Notes: generated from the letters alone by a model not told the origin. Positions 46,105-56,951 are shown, numbered from the stretch's first letter. The stretch: DNA of 64,000 nt from a virus (IMGVR_UViG_2974586480_000001); one strand, 5' to 3'. Made by a program: numbers and translations.

Positions 46105-47028
46105 ATGAAAGTACCGTTTACTCGTTTTCAATCTTTGCTTAATGAGAATCCCAAAAACTGTCTACCCACTCTGAAGGAACATGGAGATAAATGGTGCGTT
46201 GTTACTGAGAAGATTCATGGTTCCAACCTGAGTCTTTACTTTACCAACGAGGGTATTCGGTTCGCTTCTCGTAACCAAGTCCTCCCTGAAGATACCAACT
46301 TCATGAACCTGAGCCGCTTCTTCACTCCTGAAAAGATGGATAAGCTGCACAAGGAAGTCCAGAACTTCTTGGATCTGGGTGGTTTCGAGACCCTTGTTAT
46401 CCGTGGTGAGATCTTCGGTGGCCATGATGCTGCTGGTGTTAAGCCGGTTCAGACTGCCATCCGTTATGATGGGGACATTCAGTTCCGAGTGTTTGCTGTT
46501 GAGTGTGATGGTGAGCACCTCTATTGGCCTGGCGTTATTGCCGTATCAAATGATTTGGAACTTCCTTTGGTTCCAGTAATTGCTGAAGGCCCTCTGTCTG
46601 AAATGTACCAACTGGAAGTGGAAGTTCCTAGTGTTCTTTGCTCCAATAAGGACATTCAAGAAGGGTTCTGCTTCCGTGTTGAGAACGAAGTTGAAGGTGA
46701 AGCACCTATTATACTGAAGCGTCGATCTGAGAAGTTTGCTGAAGTGAAAAACACCAAGGCAATCACTGAGAAGACTCTGGATCCTGCTGTCCTGAACCTG
46801 ATTGGTAAGATTGGTGATTACATCACCCCTCAGCGACTATCCAATGTCAACAGCCACTTCGGTTTTGATTCCATGAGGAACTTCGGTCAGCTCCATGCTG
46901 CCTTTATCGAAGATGTCAAGAAGGACTCTATGAACGAGTTGGGTCTTGATGAAGACGCATGGAAAGTTGTACGGAAAGAAGTTGGTTTCCGCGCTGTTCC
47001 TCTGATCAAAGAACTTCTGAGTGGTTAA
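46105..47028 (+). CDS. ATP-dependent RNA ligase, Rnl2-like
   Basis: Nucleotidyltransferase motif I 'TEKIHGSN' (KxHGxN, as in T4 Rnl2 'KIHGTN'). 307 aa. Confidence 0.6.
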   Translation: MKVPFTRFQSLLNENPKNCLPTLKEHGDKWCVVTEKIHGSNLSLYFTNEGIRFASRNQVLPEDTNFMNLSRFFTPEKMDKLHKEVQNFLDLGGFETLVIRGEIFGGHDAAGVKPVQTAIRYDGDIQFRVFAVECDGEHLYWPGVIAVSNDLELPLVPVIAEGPLSEMYQLEVEVPSVLCSNKDIQEGFCFRVENEVEGEAPIILKRRSEKFAEVKNTKAITEKTLDPAVLNLIGKIGDYITPQRLSNVNSHFGFDSMRNFGQLHAAFIEDVKKDSMNELGLDEDAWKVVRKEVGFRAVPLIKELLSG

Positions 47029-47044
47029 TATTAAAAATAGTTAG

Positions 47045-47224
47045 AAGGTTAAAATGGGTAAATTGGTAATTGATTTCATCGTCCTTGGAGCTGGTTTTGG
47101 CCTTGGATATTGGTTTGCAGTTTCTAACTACTTCTCCAATGAGGTGAAGAGTAAAACTGTTCGTGTCGGTGATCGTTTTTTCAAGGTCACTAAAGTTGAA
47201 ATGACTGAAAAAGAAGCCGAGTAA
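47045..47224 (+). CDS. small membrane protein (about 59 aa)
   Basis: MGKLVIDFIVLGAGFGLGYWFAV... It falls below the ORF-track cutoff. Coordinates are approximate. Confidence 0.25.
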   Translation, partial: KVKMGKLVIDFIVLGAGFGLGYWFAVSNYFSNEVKSKTVRVGDRFFKVTKVEMTEKEAE

Positions 47225-47252
47225 TTTACTACGGTGACAAGAGGAATATAAG

Positions 47253-48107
47253 ATGCGTTACGCTGCTTTTGGTTATAAAAAAGGTTCTCCGGTAAGCAAC
47301 GATGTGACTATCTATGATGGTCAGGCTGGTTGCTGGGGTGTTCTGGCAGGGAACCACACTGTGGGGACGAATGTGATCAACCAAATCCACTTCGACCTGG
47401 AGTTGTCCCGTTTCCGCAATGGTGCATGGGATGCCCTGAAACCGAAGGGTATGTCCGACGAAGAGTTTGCCGAAAAGGCATTCGAGGCAATCAACGAAGG
47501 TTATCTGGACTACCGTTTCGAGATGAAAACTGGTTCTTCTGGTACTTCAAGCCTCCACCTGATCGTTGACAATCTCAGCGAAAAGCTTCGCCAACGTACC
47601 ATGTGGATCCTGTTTACTTTCCGTAGCATGATCCAGTACGTAACCAATGCTGGTAACGCAGCTTACCTCATTGCCGACATGAAGATGTCTATGACACTCC
47701 GTGAAAAGATCATCCTGTCCCAGATCTTCTACCGTGGTTCTGGTGATCTCGGGTCTGGTTTCAATGGGGAAGTATTCCTCTACAACTCCGGTGGTTGTGT
47801 CCTGTACACCCCTCACGTCACCATCGCTGATATCCGAGCCCTCCTTCGTGGCGGGAAGTATTACGAACTCGACAAGGTTTCCAAGGAGACTTGGTCTGTT
47901 GGTGGTGGTTACAAGTCGGATCAGAACGTTCAAAACATTGCCTGTGCAATGAATACCGGAAAATCCTCACCTGATCGGGATATTGAATCCCTGAGCAGCA
48001 TCATCCGCAATTCCGCATGGTTGGAGTATAACAACCGGAAAGGTTGCCTGAAAGAGGGTCAACTCCGCAAGTTTATCCGCTGGTTGAAATACTACAAAAA
48101 GGGCTGA
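47253..48107 (+). CDS. hypothetical protein
   Basis: 284 aa. TACTACGGTGAC sits at -27 to -15 of the ATG. Confidence 0.5.
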   Translation: MRYAAFGYKKGSPVSNDVTIYDGQAGCWGVLAGNHTVGTNVINQIHFDLELSRFRNGAWDALKPKGMSDEEFAEKAFEAINEGYLDYRFEMKTGSSGTSSLHLIVDNLSEKLRQRTMWILFTFRSMIQYVTNAGNAAYLIADMKMSMTLREKIILSQIFYRGSGDLGSGFNGEVFLYNSGGCVLYTPHVTIADIRALLRGGKYYELDKVSKETWSVGGGYKSDQNVQNIACAMNTGKSSPDRDIESLSSIIRNSAWLEYNNRKGCLKEGQLRKFIRWLKYYKKG

Positions 48108-48210
48108 TACCATGGACGATAAGCTGTCTAAAAAGCGTCAAGAGGATGCAAAGAAGGCATGGGACAAACGGGTGGAGGGTCATACCTCCCCTAAAAAGAA
48201 GGAGTAACCG

Positions 48211-49083
48211 ATGTCTGTTAAGATCAAATTCATATTCGATGGTTTGGATCCAGAAGGATATGGTGCTATCCGTGACATTTGTTATGGGAGCATGATGAAC
48301 GGTGCACGTTATAGCTTCCCCTCCCTATCCCTTGTTGGTAATATTTTCGGATCGATTTCATCTTCGAACGGAAACTGGAACAACGCCTTTGTTAAATCTG
48401 TAAGATCTTACTCTCCTGATGTTGATGGGAGACACAACCCAATTGAGTTAGAAGAGGAGGTTTGGGAGAGAATGAAGTTGGTGGCTGAGTCCAATAAAGA
48501 AGTATTTTGGCCAGTCACTTTCGGCGAAGAGGAAAAAGATGGAAAATTCTTTGAAGTATCTCTTGACTGCCCTGCTGATCAATTCTGGTTTTGCATAAAC
48601 ACTATCCGGTGTGTGCACGACACGTACATCTGCAACACAGACTTCTTTCCACAAGTTTCTGAAATAGTAGGTGTTTGGAAGGCTCTTCTCATTTTTGGGG
48701 GATACCGGTTCAACAAGGTTTGGAATGAGTCAAAAATTCGTGTCAGCCCTGTTGAAAGACCATCTTGGACTTGTATCTGGTCTCCATGTTTTGCTAACAA
48801 AGATTTTGTTACAACTCTTCTGAAATCACCAGAAAGCCTTTGTAATAAGTTGGAGCCTTTGAGAGCTGATGACAAAGACCTTGTCACCGTCTCCCGAATG
48901 GCTCTTGGTTTTGAAGAGGAGGAGTGGAATGACGAAGATCCTCGTTGGGAGGGGCCTATGACAGCTCTGTTTCAAGAAGGGTTTGACAAAAAACGCCACA
49001 GTTTGACATTCTCTGAAACTCTTCAGGCTCTCGAAGTGACTGACGAAGAGATTGAAAAGCTCCGTAAATTCATTTTTATTTAG
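48211..49083 (+). CDS. hypothetical protein, member of a 3-gene paralog family (DQxF..IR motif)
   Basis: 'CPADQFWFCINTIRCVHDTY' parallels 'GDQMFHVLSSIRNIEHYY' (49892) and 'ADQVFACLSVIRNIISYN' (50689). Confidence 0.5.
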   Translation: MSVKIKFIFDGLDPEGYGAIRDICYGSMMNGARYSFPSLSLVGNIFGSISSSNGNWNNAFVKSVRSYSPDVDGRHNPIELEEEVWERMKLVAESNKEVFWPVTFGEEEKDGKFFEVSLDCPADQFWFCINTIRCVHDTYICNTDFFPQVSEIVGVWKALLIFGGYRFNKVWNESKIRVSPVERPSWTCIWSPCFANKDFVTTLLKSPESLCNKLEPLRADDKDLVTVSRMALGFEEEEWNDEDPRWEGPMTALFQEGFDKKRHSLTFSETLQALEVTDEEIEKLRKFIFI

Positions 49084-49091
49084 GAAATACA

Positions 49092-49490
49092 ATGACTAAA
49101 GAAGTTCTGGTTGCCACCTACGGCTCTCTTCGGAGTGGCCAAGCTAATTACCACGTAAACTCCCGAGCAGGGGGTGAAAGTATTGGTGAGGGTTGGACTT
49201 GCAAAGAGTATCAACTTGGCCGATACCGTGGTGCTTACTTTCCGGTGGTTACTCTGGGTAATCCGGTGTCCCAAGTACGTGTCGAAGTGTTTAAAACCAC
49301 TGAAGATGGCCTCCATGGCCCTTACGATGCGCTGGAGGGTTTTCCTAGCTTCTACAATCGCACCCAAGTTCCGGTGCGTATGGATGATGGTACGGAAGTC
49401 ATGGCGTGGATTTATCACATCGAACGAAATGATGTTGCCAGTGAAGTGGTAAAACACGGTGACTGGGTTAAACATCTGGACAACATGTGA
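49092..49490 (+). CDS. gamma-glutamyl cyclotransferase (GGCT/AIG2-like)
   Basis: N-terminal 'LVATYGSLRSGQANYH' (YGSL motif). 132 aa. Confidence 0.6.
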   Translation: MTKEVLVATYGSLRSGQANYHVNSRAGGESIGEGWTCKEYQLGRYRGAYFPVVTLGNPVSQVRVEVFKTTEDGLHGPYDALEGFPSFYNRTQVPVRMDDGTEVMAWIYHIERNDVASEVVKHGDWVKHLDNM

Positions 49491-49550
49491 GTTTCATCAA
49501 GGGTGCTCTACGAGTGCCCTTCTTAAAAATCACACCAACAAGGGGTTAAT

Positions 49551-49892
49551 ATGAAAGCCGAAGAAAAAGAGTTTTTGGAAAAACAGATTGAGTGGGAAGT
49601 GAAAAGTTCCACCTTTATCAGTAAACAGCTGAAGGATCTGAAAGAGTTGGTTAAGGCCAATGCTGCCAACAGCCGTCTCCTTAAAGAGACTATCGCAACC
49701 ATCTCTCGGGCAACTGCAAATCGTGAAGGTGGTAGCCTCTCTACAGCAGCTGTCCAGCAGGCCCTCATCAGCGCAAAACGCCAAAGCGTGAATCTGCAAA
49801 GCCGTCGTGAAGATCTGAAGAAAAAACTTCGCCAAGGTCGTATCATGAAGAACGCTTTTGAGCAAGCCTTGGGGAATAGCGAGGTTAAGTAA
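49551..49892 (+). CDS. coiled-coil protein
   Basis: 113 aa and charged/helical. Confidence 0.4.
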   Translation: MKAEEKEFLEKQIEWEVKSSTFISKQLKDLKELVKANAANSRLLKETIATISRATANREGGSLSTAAVQQALISAKRQSVNLQSRREDLKKKLRQGRIMKNAFEQALGNSEVK

Positions 49893-50692
49893 TGATCCGG
49901 TACAAAATCCATGGTGTGAGTGGGCATGTGATTTCAGTTCATGATCACTGCTTCCGAGGACTTTCTGTCCACACACCCATGTACTACCTGCATGACTGGT
50001 ATGTAGATGGAAAGGATGATCTGGATGAAGATGCTGAAGAAATTTTTGACAATGTGAGGAACAATGTCGATTTTGTTGAGTATACACTGGACAAGTCGAA
50101 CAATTTGTCAAAAGACATTCTTGAAATTGTTGAAAATGTAAGCTGGATTAAGGAAATTACGACTGTAGTAGAGAACCGGAATAAGTACCACTTCTTGGTA
50201 AGTGGTGATGCACCTGGGGATCAAATGTTTCATGTGTTGTCCTCCATAAGGAACATTGAGCATTATTACGGTGAGTCATTTTTGAGACACCGTAACGGTC
50301 TTAACCCTTACCAAGCTTTCATTATGTCAATGTATGTAGTGTCTAACATTGATTTCAGAGGAAACCCTGTATACTCTGGTTTCAACTCTGGCAATGATTA
50401 TATGTGGGCCAACTTTGACACAACTACTAAAAAATCAGTACGTAGTGTCATAGAAAATGGCCCCCGTTGGTATCTTCCCAGACGTTCTGTTAATTACTGT
50501 CATCAAAAACTGGATTTCATTCCAGAGGTACGGGGAGTCTCACGTGAAGACCCTGACTCTATAGAGTGGACATCTAGTTTGAACAAGCAATTGTTTCGGT
50601 CTTTTGAGATTCCATCAACAGAGGGTGAAGAACCTGAAGTTTTTGAGAGTCCTAAAGAGTTGGCAGACTATATCTTGAGGTTAATTGTATGA
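49892..50692 (+). CDS. hypothetical protein, paralog family member 2
   Basis: 266 aa, sharing the DQxF..IRN motif. Confidence 0.5.
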   Translation: MIRYKIHGVSGHVISVHDHCFRGLSVHTPMYYLHDWYVDGKDDLDEDAEEIFDNVRNNVDFVEYTLDKSNNLSKDILEIVENVSWIKEITTVVENRNKYHFLVSGDAPGDQMFHVLSSIRNIEHYYGESFLRHRNGLNPYQAFIMSMYVVSNIDFRGNPVYSGFNSGNDYMWANFDTTTKKSVRSVIENGPRWYLPRRSVNYCHQKLDFIPEVRGVSREDPDSIEWTSSLNKQLFRSFEIPSTEGEEPEVFESPKELADYILRLIV

Positions 50693-51657
50693 GTGTTAGC
50701 TTCTATTATGATGTAGTGGACAATGGTAATATCTATCGTGTGCACAAGTCGTCAGCCTGCTTCGGTGGGCTGGCTTCTCATGTTGCCGGAGAAAGAACTG
50801 GGTGGAGAATTGTAGATCAAACAGGTTCTCGTATTTTCAACAGATCCGAGATGGCCCCTCAACTCATAAACAAAATCGTCAATCTCGATACCGATGAGAT
50901 TGTTTATGATGTAATGTCATCCCTCTCTCGAAGCAACAATATGTACATCCTTGGCATGACTCAGATGTACTCTTTACCTGTTTTAAAAATTCGTCTGAGG
51001 AATCTCTTTTCGGATTTTGTTATGATCCAGAAAGAGATTCCATGGATGGAACCACTATCCTTTGATTTTAAAAATATGAGCGTGAATGTCAATACGAACT
51101 TCCCTGCTGATCAGGTATTTGCCTGTCTGAGTGTGATTCGTAACATCATCTCATATAATTATCCACACTATCTAGTATTCTTGAGGAAAGGTTTTAGTCG
51201 AAAAGATTCCTTCATCTTGTCTCAGAATTTCAAATTGGTTAGAGATGCTTTTGGATCAGAGCACCTCTCTATCATCCCTCCGTGTGACTACATGATGTGT
51301 CATCATGGTTTGATGCGAGACGTAGATGTTGAAAACCTCTTCAATGGAGTTTCTTTCTTTAAGCAAGTGGATATGAAGAATAGTGGCGGATATTTGAAAT
51401 ATATCAATGACTCTCGGAGCCTTGCCGGTGTGCGTGATACATCGCAGATCGACGAACTTTTCAGAGTGTTTGGTGCAGAAATTCGCCATTATCCAAACTC
51501 CGCCAACTTTCTTGATCCGTTGGCAGATGGGGATTATATTTTTGATTCGGATACCAGAGATTCAATCATTGAGTCTTCGGATATTTCGAATGAACAAGTC
51601 CAAGAGGCTTTCGAATCTTGGGTAAATATTTTAAACGAGGTTAATACAAATGGATAA
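50689..51657 (+). CDS. hypothetical protein, paralog family member 3
   Basis: 322 aa, sharing the motif. It overlaps its neighbours. Confidence 0.5.
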   Translation: MSVSFYYDVVDNGNIYRVHKSSACFGGLASHVAGERTGWRIVDQTGSRIFNRSEMAPQLINKIVNLDTDEIVYDVMSSLSRSNNMYILGMTQMYSLPVLKIRLRNLFSDFVMIQKEIPWMEPLSFDFKNMSVNVNTNFPADQVFACLSVIRNIISYNYPHYLVFLRKGFSRKDSFILSQNFKLVRDAFGSEHLSIIPPCDYMMCHHGLMRDVDVENLFNGVSFFKQVDMKNSGGYLKYINDSRSLAGVRDTSQIDELFRVFGAEIRHYPNSANFLDPLADGDYIFDSDTRDSIIESSDISNEQVQEAFESWVNILNEVNTNG

Positions 51658-52462
51658 TCAGCTGAAATTCGCCACCGACGCAGAACTTTTTGTGCGGGAC
51701 TCCAAGACCGGCCTTCTGACCAGCGTTGCTGGCCTTCTGGGTGCGGACAAGTACAACAAGCGTATCCTCACCGAGGATGTTCGCATCCAAGAGGATAACG
51801 TTCTCTTGGAGTTTGATATCAACCCCCACACTGAGTCGGAAATGTTCCTGAAAAACATCTCCTCTGCCATGGATCTGTCTCGTGGAGAGGCAGAGAAGCT
51901 GGGGTTCGAGGTGGTGGATCGTGTGTGTAGCCATATCTACACTGCACAGGAGCTGGAAACCTTCCACAAGGATGCATTCGTGTTTGGGTGTGACCCAGAC
52001 TTCAATGCCCTGAGTGGTGAAATGAACCCCAAACCTCAGGCAAAAAATGCCGGCCTCCGCACCGCAGGTGCCCACGTACACATTGGTTACAGCGACCTCC
52101 GTCCAGTGACCTTCCAAGATCAACAGGTCTTGGGTGTCATGTGTGATTACTTCCTCGGCCTCCCCTCCCTTCTGTTGGATACCGGTGAGGATGCGATTCG
52201 TCGTCGTGAACTCTACGGCAAGGCTGGGTCTGTCCGCTTCAAACCCTACGGTATCGAGTATCGTACCCTCAGCAACTTCTGGGTATTCGATGAAGTCAAC
52301 CGATCTTTCGTATGGGAACAGGCCAATAAGGCTTTTGAAGCCATGGCTGGTGACTTCATGGCACTCGTTCGTACCGTGGATCCGTTGGATGTTCAGAATG
52401 TCATCAACAATGGTGACACCGCGATGGCCCAACAGTACGTCAAACTTCTGAAACTGGCATAA
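51650..52462 (+). CDS. Amidoligase_2 (COOH-NH2 ligase, GCS2-like) family protein, short paralog
   Basis: 'TDAELFV', 'GAHVHIGY' and 'YGIEYRTLSNFW' match the GxExE...HVHvg...EfRqf pattern. The antisense 411-aa ORF is judged spurious. Confidence 0.5.
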   Translation: MDNQLKFATDAELFVRDSKTGLLTSVAGLLGADKYNKRILTEDVRIQEDNVLLEFDINPHTESEMFLKNISSAMDLSRGEAEKLGFEVVDRVCSHIYTAQELETFHKDAFVFGCDPDFNALSGEMNPKPQAKNAGLRTAGAHVHIGYSDLRPVTFQDQQVLGVMCDYFLGLPSLLLDTGEDAIRRRELYGKAGSVRFKPYGIEYRTLSNFWVFDEVNRSFVWEQANKAFEAMAGDFMALVRTVDPLDVQNVINNGDTAMAQQYVKLLKLA

Positions 52463-52471
52463 GGAGTTTTT

Positions 52472-53077
52472 ATGTCTCTGGCAAGTGATTTCAATATGTA
52501 TTACAGCGAGACCTTTGTCGGATTCCAGACTCCGAATGGGCTCGTACCTCTCTATGTACATGCTGTTAGTTTCGACAGTAATGCCAATATCGACTTCGAT
52601 ACCCACGACCCCAATGCCATGGAGCACCTGATGTTCCATGTCCATGACATCGTGGATCATCCAGAAGAAGGTATCACCTACAGCAGCAACTCCCGTCGTG
52701 TGTCTATCAATGATCTGGTTCTGGATATGCCAAAACTGGGTTATTATGACATTCCTGGCGAAGGCCGTGTGTGGTTGTCGTATAACCCACAGCGTAGCAC
52801 GAAGAAAGGTTTTACTTTCCGACGTACTACTTGGCGTGGTGATAGCAATCGTCGTCGTCTCAACCTTGTCCGACAAGTATTCTCAGACACTCGTTCGGAC
52901 TTCGAACGTAACTTCCACTTCGTCCGTGATCGTGGTTTTCAACGTATCATGTACAAGGGGTTGAACGTAGGACGACTGAATCCTGACAACGATATCCGTC
53001 TCCACCCAGAAGCTGGGTATTTGCGTGAGATTGTTCAAGCTGGACTGGGGGTTCAAGATGCCAATAACGCCTCCTAA
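52472..53077 (+). CDS. hypothetical protein
   Basis: 201-aa ORF inside the amidoligase cluster. Confidence 0.45.
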   Translation: MSLASDFNMYYSETFVGFQTPNGLVPLYVHAVSFDSNANIDFDTHDPNAMEHLMFHVHDIVDHPEEGITYSSNSRRVSINDLVLDMPKLGYYDIPGEGRVWLSYNPQRSTKKGFTFRRTTWRGDSNRRRLNLVRQVFSDTRSDFERNFHFVRDRGFQRIMYKGLNVGRLNPDNDIRLHPEAGYLREIVQAGLGVQDANNAS

Positions 53078-54365
53078 TGGGCGAATGTCATTGTCTGAAA
53101 TCCTCAGGGCTTCTAACCAAGTTCTGGGGACTTCTCGGGCAGATCGCCAAGACTTTGGAACAATTGCCCGTGTAGTCAACGAACCTTTGTGGTTTCAAGA
53201 TGATTGGCGGGATATGGGTTTAAGACCGGACGAGCCCCCACCATCCCCTCCACCACCTCCTGCTCCACAGCCTGAAGAGGATGTTGATGCAGCGGTAGAA
53301 GGGCCACACGACGATTCAGAAAGTTTTGGATTTGATGGTGAGGTTTCTTGGGAGGGTGTTGAAGCTCGTGCAGCGGAGGGGATTTCTCTCAGACGAACCT
53401 CTCCGACACCGGCTTTCGAAGTCCAGTTCAACAACAGCCTTGCAAGCTCAATGCAAACCTTGGCAGCGGGTGGGATCAGACGTGCTCGCCCTGTCAGGGG
53501 TAACCCCGTACAAGAACAAACATTCGACAGTGAAGAGGAATTCGAAATGCGTACTGTTGGGAGCATCGTAGGCCGTGAGCCTGATGTATCTACCGTCACC
53601 CCCCACCAACTTGTGTTGGGGATCAATCGGGTTGGTGTGGAAATTGAAGTGGAGCGGTTTAATAACCGTCGTGCAAGACTTCGTTACTGGAACCTCGTGT
53701 CCGATGGTTCACTCCGTAACAACGGTCAAGAGTTTACCTTCCGAGGGGCTCTTGGTGGTAAGGATGCGTTCGATGCAATCTCCGAAATCGACACCCTTCT
53801 GTATCAGGCAAACCCTGAACTGAATATCCGGTGTTCTACCCACGTCCATGTGGATGTTCGCGACATGACTGTACCTCAGTTGAAACGGATGATTCTGGCC
53901 TACGCCTTCTATGAATCATTCCTGTTCAACCAATCTGGTCGTCATCGGATGAAGTCCAACTTCTGTATGCCGCTGTGTATTGCAGAAGGTCTGACCCATA
54001 TCCTTATGGATTACTGGGGGAATACAGATGCAGACTTTATCTTTAACGTCACTGATCGTTGGGATAAATACTCTGCCATCAACCTGATTCCCATCCGTTC
54101 TTACGGTTCTGTGGAATTTCGTATCGCTGAAGGCAAGTCGAAGAGTGGTCAGCTCCTTCGCCTTGTTAACCGGTTCCTTGCTCTCAAGGAGATTGCGGTA
54201 GAGAAGGATATGTCTGATCGTGAGTTTCTGGACTTCCTCCGTGAAACGGATTACCGGATGATTTTCCGCAAGGGTATTCGTCGTCAGGTGGCCTTCACTG
54301 AAGAGGATATCCAGACCGGTTGGATTATTGCCAACGACATCGCCACTCTTGGCAAAATGCGCTAA
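53058..54365 (+). CDS. Amidoligase_2 (COOH-NH2 ligase) family enzyme with a Pro-rich N-terminal linker
   Basis: 'VGVEIEVERF', 'LVSDGSL', 'CSTHVHVDVR' and 'GSVEFRIAEG'. ATG at 53058 after a GGGGGT RBS. The N-terminus has 'PPPSPPPPPAPQP'. Confidence 0.6.
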   Translation: MPITPPNGRMSLSEILRASNQVLGTSRADRQDFGTIARVVNEPLWFQDDWRDMGLRPDEPPPSPPPPPAPQPEEDVDAAVEGPHDDSESFGFDGEVSWEGVEARAAEGISLRRTSPTPAFEVQFNNSLASSMQTLAAGGIRRARPVRGNPVQEQTFDSEEEFEMRTVGSIVGREPDVSTVTPHQLVLGINRVGVEIEVERFNNRRARLRYWNLVSDGSLRNNGQEFTFRGALGGKDAFDAISEIDTLLYQANPELNIRCSTHVHVDVRDMTVPQLKRMILAYAFYESFLFNQSGRHRMKSNFCMPLCIAEGLTHILMDYWGNTDADFIFNVTDRWDKYSAINLIPIRSYGSVEFRIAEGKSKSGQLLRLVNRFLALKEIAVEKDMSDREFLDFLRETDYRMIFRKGIRRQVAFTEEDIQTGWIIANDIATLGKMR

Positions 54366-54410
54366 TGGCCCTTAGGGGCCTTTTAAAATGGTTACATAAG
54401 AGGAAATAGT

Positions 54411-56951
54411 ATGTGCGGAATCGTTCTGATGGGTTGTAAGTACCCTGGTGCCCGTGATGTTGATTTGTTTGAGCAACTGTTGTTTGCGGACACCTTCCGT
54501 GGGCCTCATTCGACTGGTGTACACAGCCTGTTCCAGTTGGAAGACAAAGGCCCTGTTATCACTGAAACCCAAAAGAAGCAATTGGATGGCCCAGCCTTCA
54601 TTGCCTCCAACCTTTGGCCACTCGTGTCAGAAAGACGTGTGCCTGGCGCTACCGCCAACTCGGTTCTGATCAAGCGCCCTTTCTGCATGATCGGCCACAA
54701 CCGTTGGGCCACCAAGGGTGGTATCAACGATGCGAACGCTCATCCGTTTAACCATGGGCATATCACCATGGTTCATAACGGTACTCTCCGCAATCAAGCC
54801 CTCCTTCCAGATCATGCAAAGTTCGAAGTTGACAGTGATAACGTTGCTTATGCACTTTCTGTTTGGGGTGTTGAAAAGACTGTTCAAAACCTGAACGGTG
54901 CTTTCACCCTGATTTGGCACGATGCGAACCTGCAAACCGTCAACATCATCCGTAACAGCGAACGTCCATTCCACTTGGCACGTACCTCTGCTGGTGATTG
55001 GTTTGGCGCTTCTGAGGAATCCATGTTGAAGTGGATCCTTTCTCGTCAAAAGGTTCCTGTTACTGTAGCAGAATCTTTCGAGTGTGAAGTTGGTGTTCAG
55101 TACATCTTCGATGTGTCAACTGGCAAATTCTTGCCTAAGGAGAATGTGAAGCACGAGCTTCCTACCTTTCGCACGACTTTCTACCAAGGCTTCTCGCAAG
55201 GCGCTTCGTCGTATTATGATGATGAGTACGACTACGACACTTGGTGGAACGAACGGGGAACACGACACAGCACCAACACCGAGACGCGGCAAGCGCAACA
55301 AGCGCGGTCGTCGACGTCGGTAAGCACTACAGATGCCGCAAAGCGTCGTGAAATGAATAATCTCCTGTGGGAACATGGGATTACCCAGCGCATCGGAGAT
55401 CGTGTCAATTTCACCTCTACCGACTTTCAGAGCTATCCTAAAAATTCTCCGTATGGCGAAATGGTCGGATACCTCGACACCAAGGAGTATGTAGGGACTA
55501 TCAGCCATGGTGTTGAAAAGAAACTGTACAACCAGTTTCAGGAATATCGTGGTGAAATTGTTAAGGCTGTTGTCGAAGATGGCACCCTCTACGTAACTAT
55601 TTCCAAGCCAATGCTCTTGGAGTCGATCATCGAACCTCGCGAGGATGGTGAACCCAATGGGAACATTGCCCTCATCGAATACCCCAACGTTGGAACTCGT
55701 TTTGAGTACAAAATCACCCATATCAACATGACAACCCGAACTTGGTCTGGTCAAACAGCCACTGGGATTGATGTGTATGGTGATTGGTTCCATCGTTACT
55801 CAGGTATGGAGGTTGGTGATGTGTGGTCTGGTCGGTCTGTAGTCCGTGTGGATAACCGTTATCGGATGGCAGATTGTATCAAGGTCTCTGGTAAAGAGGG
55901 GTTGGAAGGTGAGATTAAAGAGGGGGATAAGGTGAAATTCCGAATCACTTCTTTGAATCTTGGTACAACCTCTTTTGAAGGCATGACCGTCAAGGGTAAT
56001 CAGAAGGTCTCGGGTTCGATTCCAACTAACCTCTCCATGGCTCTTGGGGAAGAGTTTGAGGGTGGCGTCTACATTGCTTTTAATGACAAAAGCTTTCGTG
56101 TCAACAACGTATGCCGCCCAGGGACTGTGTCCAACCAAGAACTTCTTGCATCCATTGCCGATCTGGTGGTAGATGATGAGAAGGTAAACACCACCGCTAC
56201 CGGTGAGCGATTCACTGCAAAAAAGTGGGAGGAGAGTCTGGTTTCAACCTGCTGCGCTTGTTCCTCTCCAATCTCCTTCGATGATATGAAGGATGCAGTT
56301 ATCATCAGCGGGTACTCATTCTGCAAAGAATGTAAGGATTTGGATCCCCCTTTTGATGGGGTAGTCATCAATCATCCAGTAGCTGTTGCGGAGAATTGGT
56401 TTGACTGCCCAGAATGCGATATGCGTAAGCATATGGTTGTAAAATCAAAAAACAGCAATCTGTGCATCACTTGTGAAGGTAAAAAGTCACGAGTGACACG
56501 TCCAATCCTTTCAGTATCTGTGACTTCCAATCGTGCCCGTCTCGATAGTGATATGGGGAAAGAGGTTGAGTTTGTCATAACCCAACTGGCAACAGGCCCT
56601 GCATTCTGGGGCAAAACCAGAACTGATATCGCAGTTAGTGGTGTTATCCCCGAAGACGTTGTTGCCCACGTTGGTGAGATATGGAAAGGGGTTATCTCTC
56701 ACAAATTTGTTGACGGTTCCTATCGAATCGAAAACATAAAAAAGCGGTCTACATCTGAAGTGGTTCGAAGTATCAGCGATAACCGTGACATCAAAACACT
56801 TCCTAACGGAGCTTCTATCAAGAAAGATCTGTGGGACAAGATGTGCAACTGCAAGCATTGTTCCAACCCAATTCCTTGGGACGACGCTGATTTGGTAACA
56901 TTTGTAGGTGGTGTACCTGTGTGCAAAACCTGTGAAAAAGTTTTAATTTGA
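54411..56951 (+). CDS. class-II glutamine amidotransferase (Ntn hydrolase) fused to a large C-terminal region with multiple zinc ribbons
   Basis: Begins 'MCGIV' (N-terminal nucleophile Cys). 'FRGPHSTGVHS' and 'IGHNRWATKGGINDANAHPF' parallel GlmS '[20 protein letters not shown]'. The C-terminus has CxxC pairs (CCACSS...CKECK, CPECD...CITCEG, CNCKHC...CKTCEK). 846 aa. Confidence 0.7.
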   Translation: MCGIVLMGCKYPGARDVDLFEQLLFADTFRGPHSTGVHSLFQLEDKGPVITETQKKQLDGPAFIASNLWPLVSERRVPGATANSVLIKRPFCMIGHNRWATKGGINDANAHPFNHGHITMVHNGTLRNQALLPDHAKFEVDSDNVAYALSVWGVEKTVQNLNGAFTLIWHDANLQTVNIIRNSERPFHLARTSAGDWFGASEESMLKWILSRQKVPVTVAESFECEVGVQYIFDVSTGKFLPKENVKHELPTFRTTFYQGFSQGASSYYDDEYDYDTWWNERGTRHSTNTETRQAQQARSSTSVSTTDAAKRREMNNLLWEHGITQRIGDRVNFTSTDFQSYPKNSPYGEMVGYLDTKEYVGTISHGVEKKLYNQFQEYRGEIVKAVVEDGTLYVTISKPMLLESIIEPREDGEPNGNIALIEYPNVGTRFEYKITHINMTTRTWSGQTATGIDVYGDWFHRYSGMEVGDVWSGRSVVRVDNRYRMADCIKVSGKEGLEGEIKEGDKVKFRITSLNLGTTSFEGMTVKGNQKVSGSIPTNLSMALGEEFEGGVYIAFNDKSFRVNNVCRPGTVSNQELLASIADLVVDDEKVNTTATGERFTAKKWEESLVSTCCACSSPISFDDMKDAVIISGYSFCKECKDLDPPFDGVVINHPVAVAENWFDCPECDMRKHMVVKSKNSNLCITCEGKKSRVTRPILSVSVTSNRARLDSDMGKEVEFVITQLATGPAFWGKTRTDIAVSGVIPEDVVAHVGEIWKGVISHKFVDGSYRIENIKKRSTSEVVRSISDNRDIKTLPNGASIKKDLWDKMCNCKHCSNPIPWDDADLVTFVGGVPVCKTCEKVLI

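Noticed and set aside
51641-52876. 411-aa minus-strand ORF
   Set aside because: It is antisense to the amidoligase-like and 201-aa genes. The plus-strand genes carry recognisable motifs.
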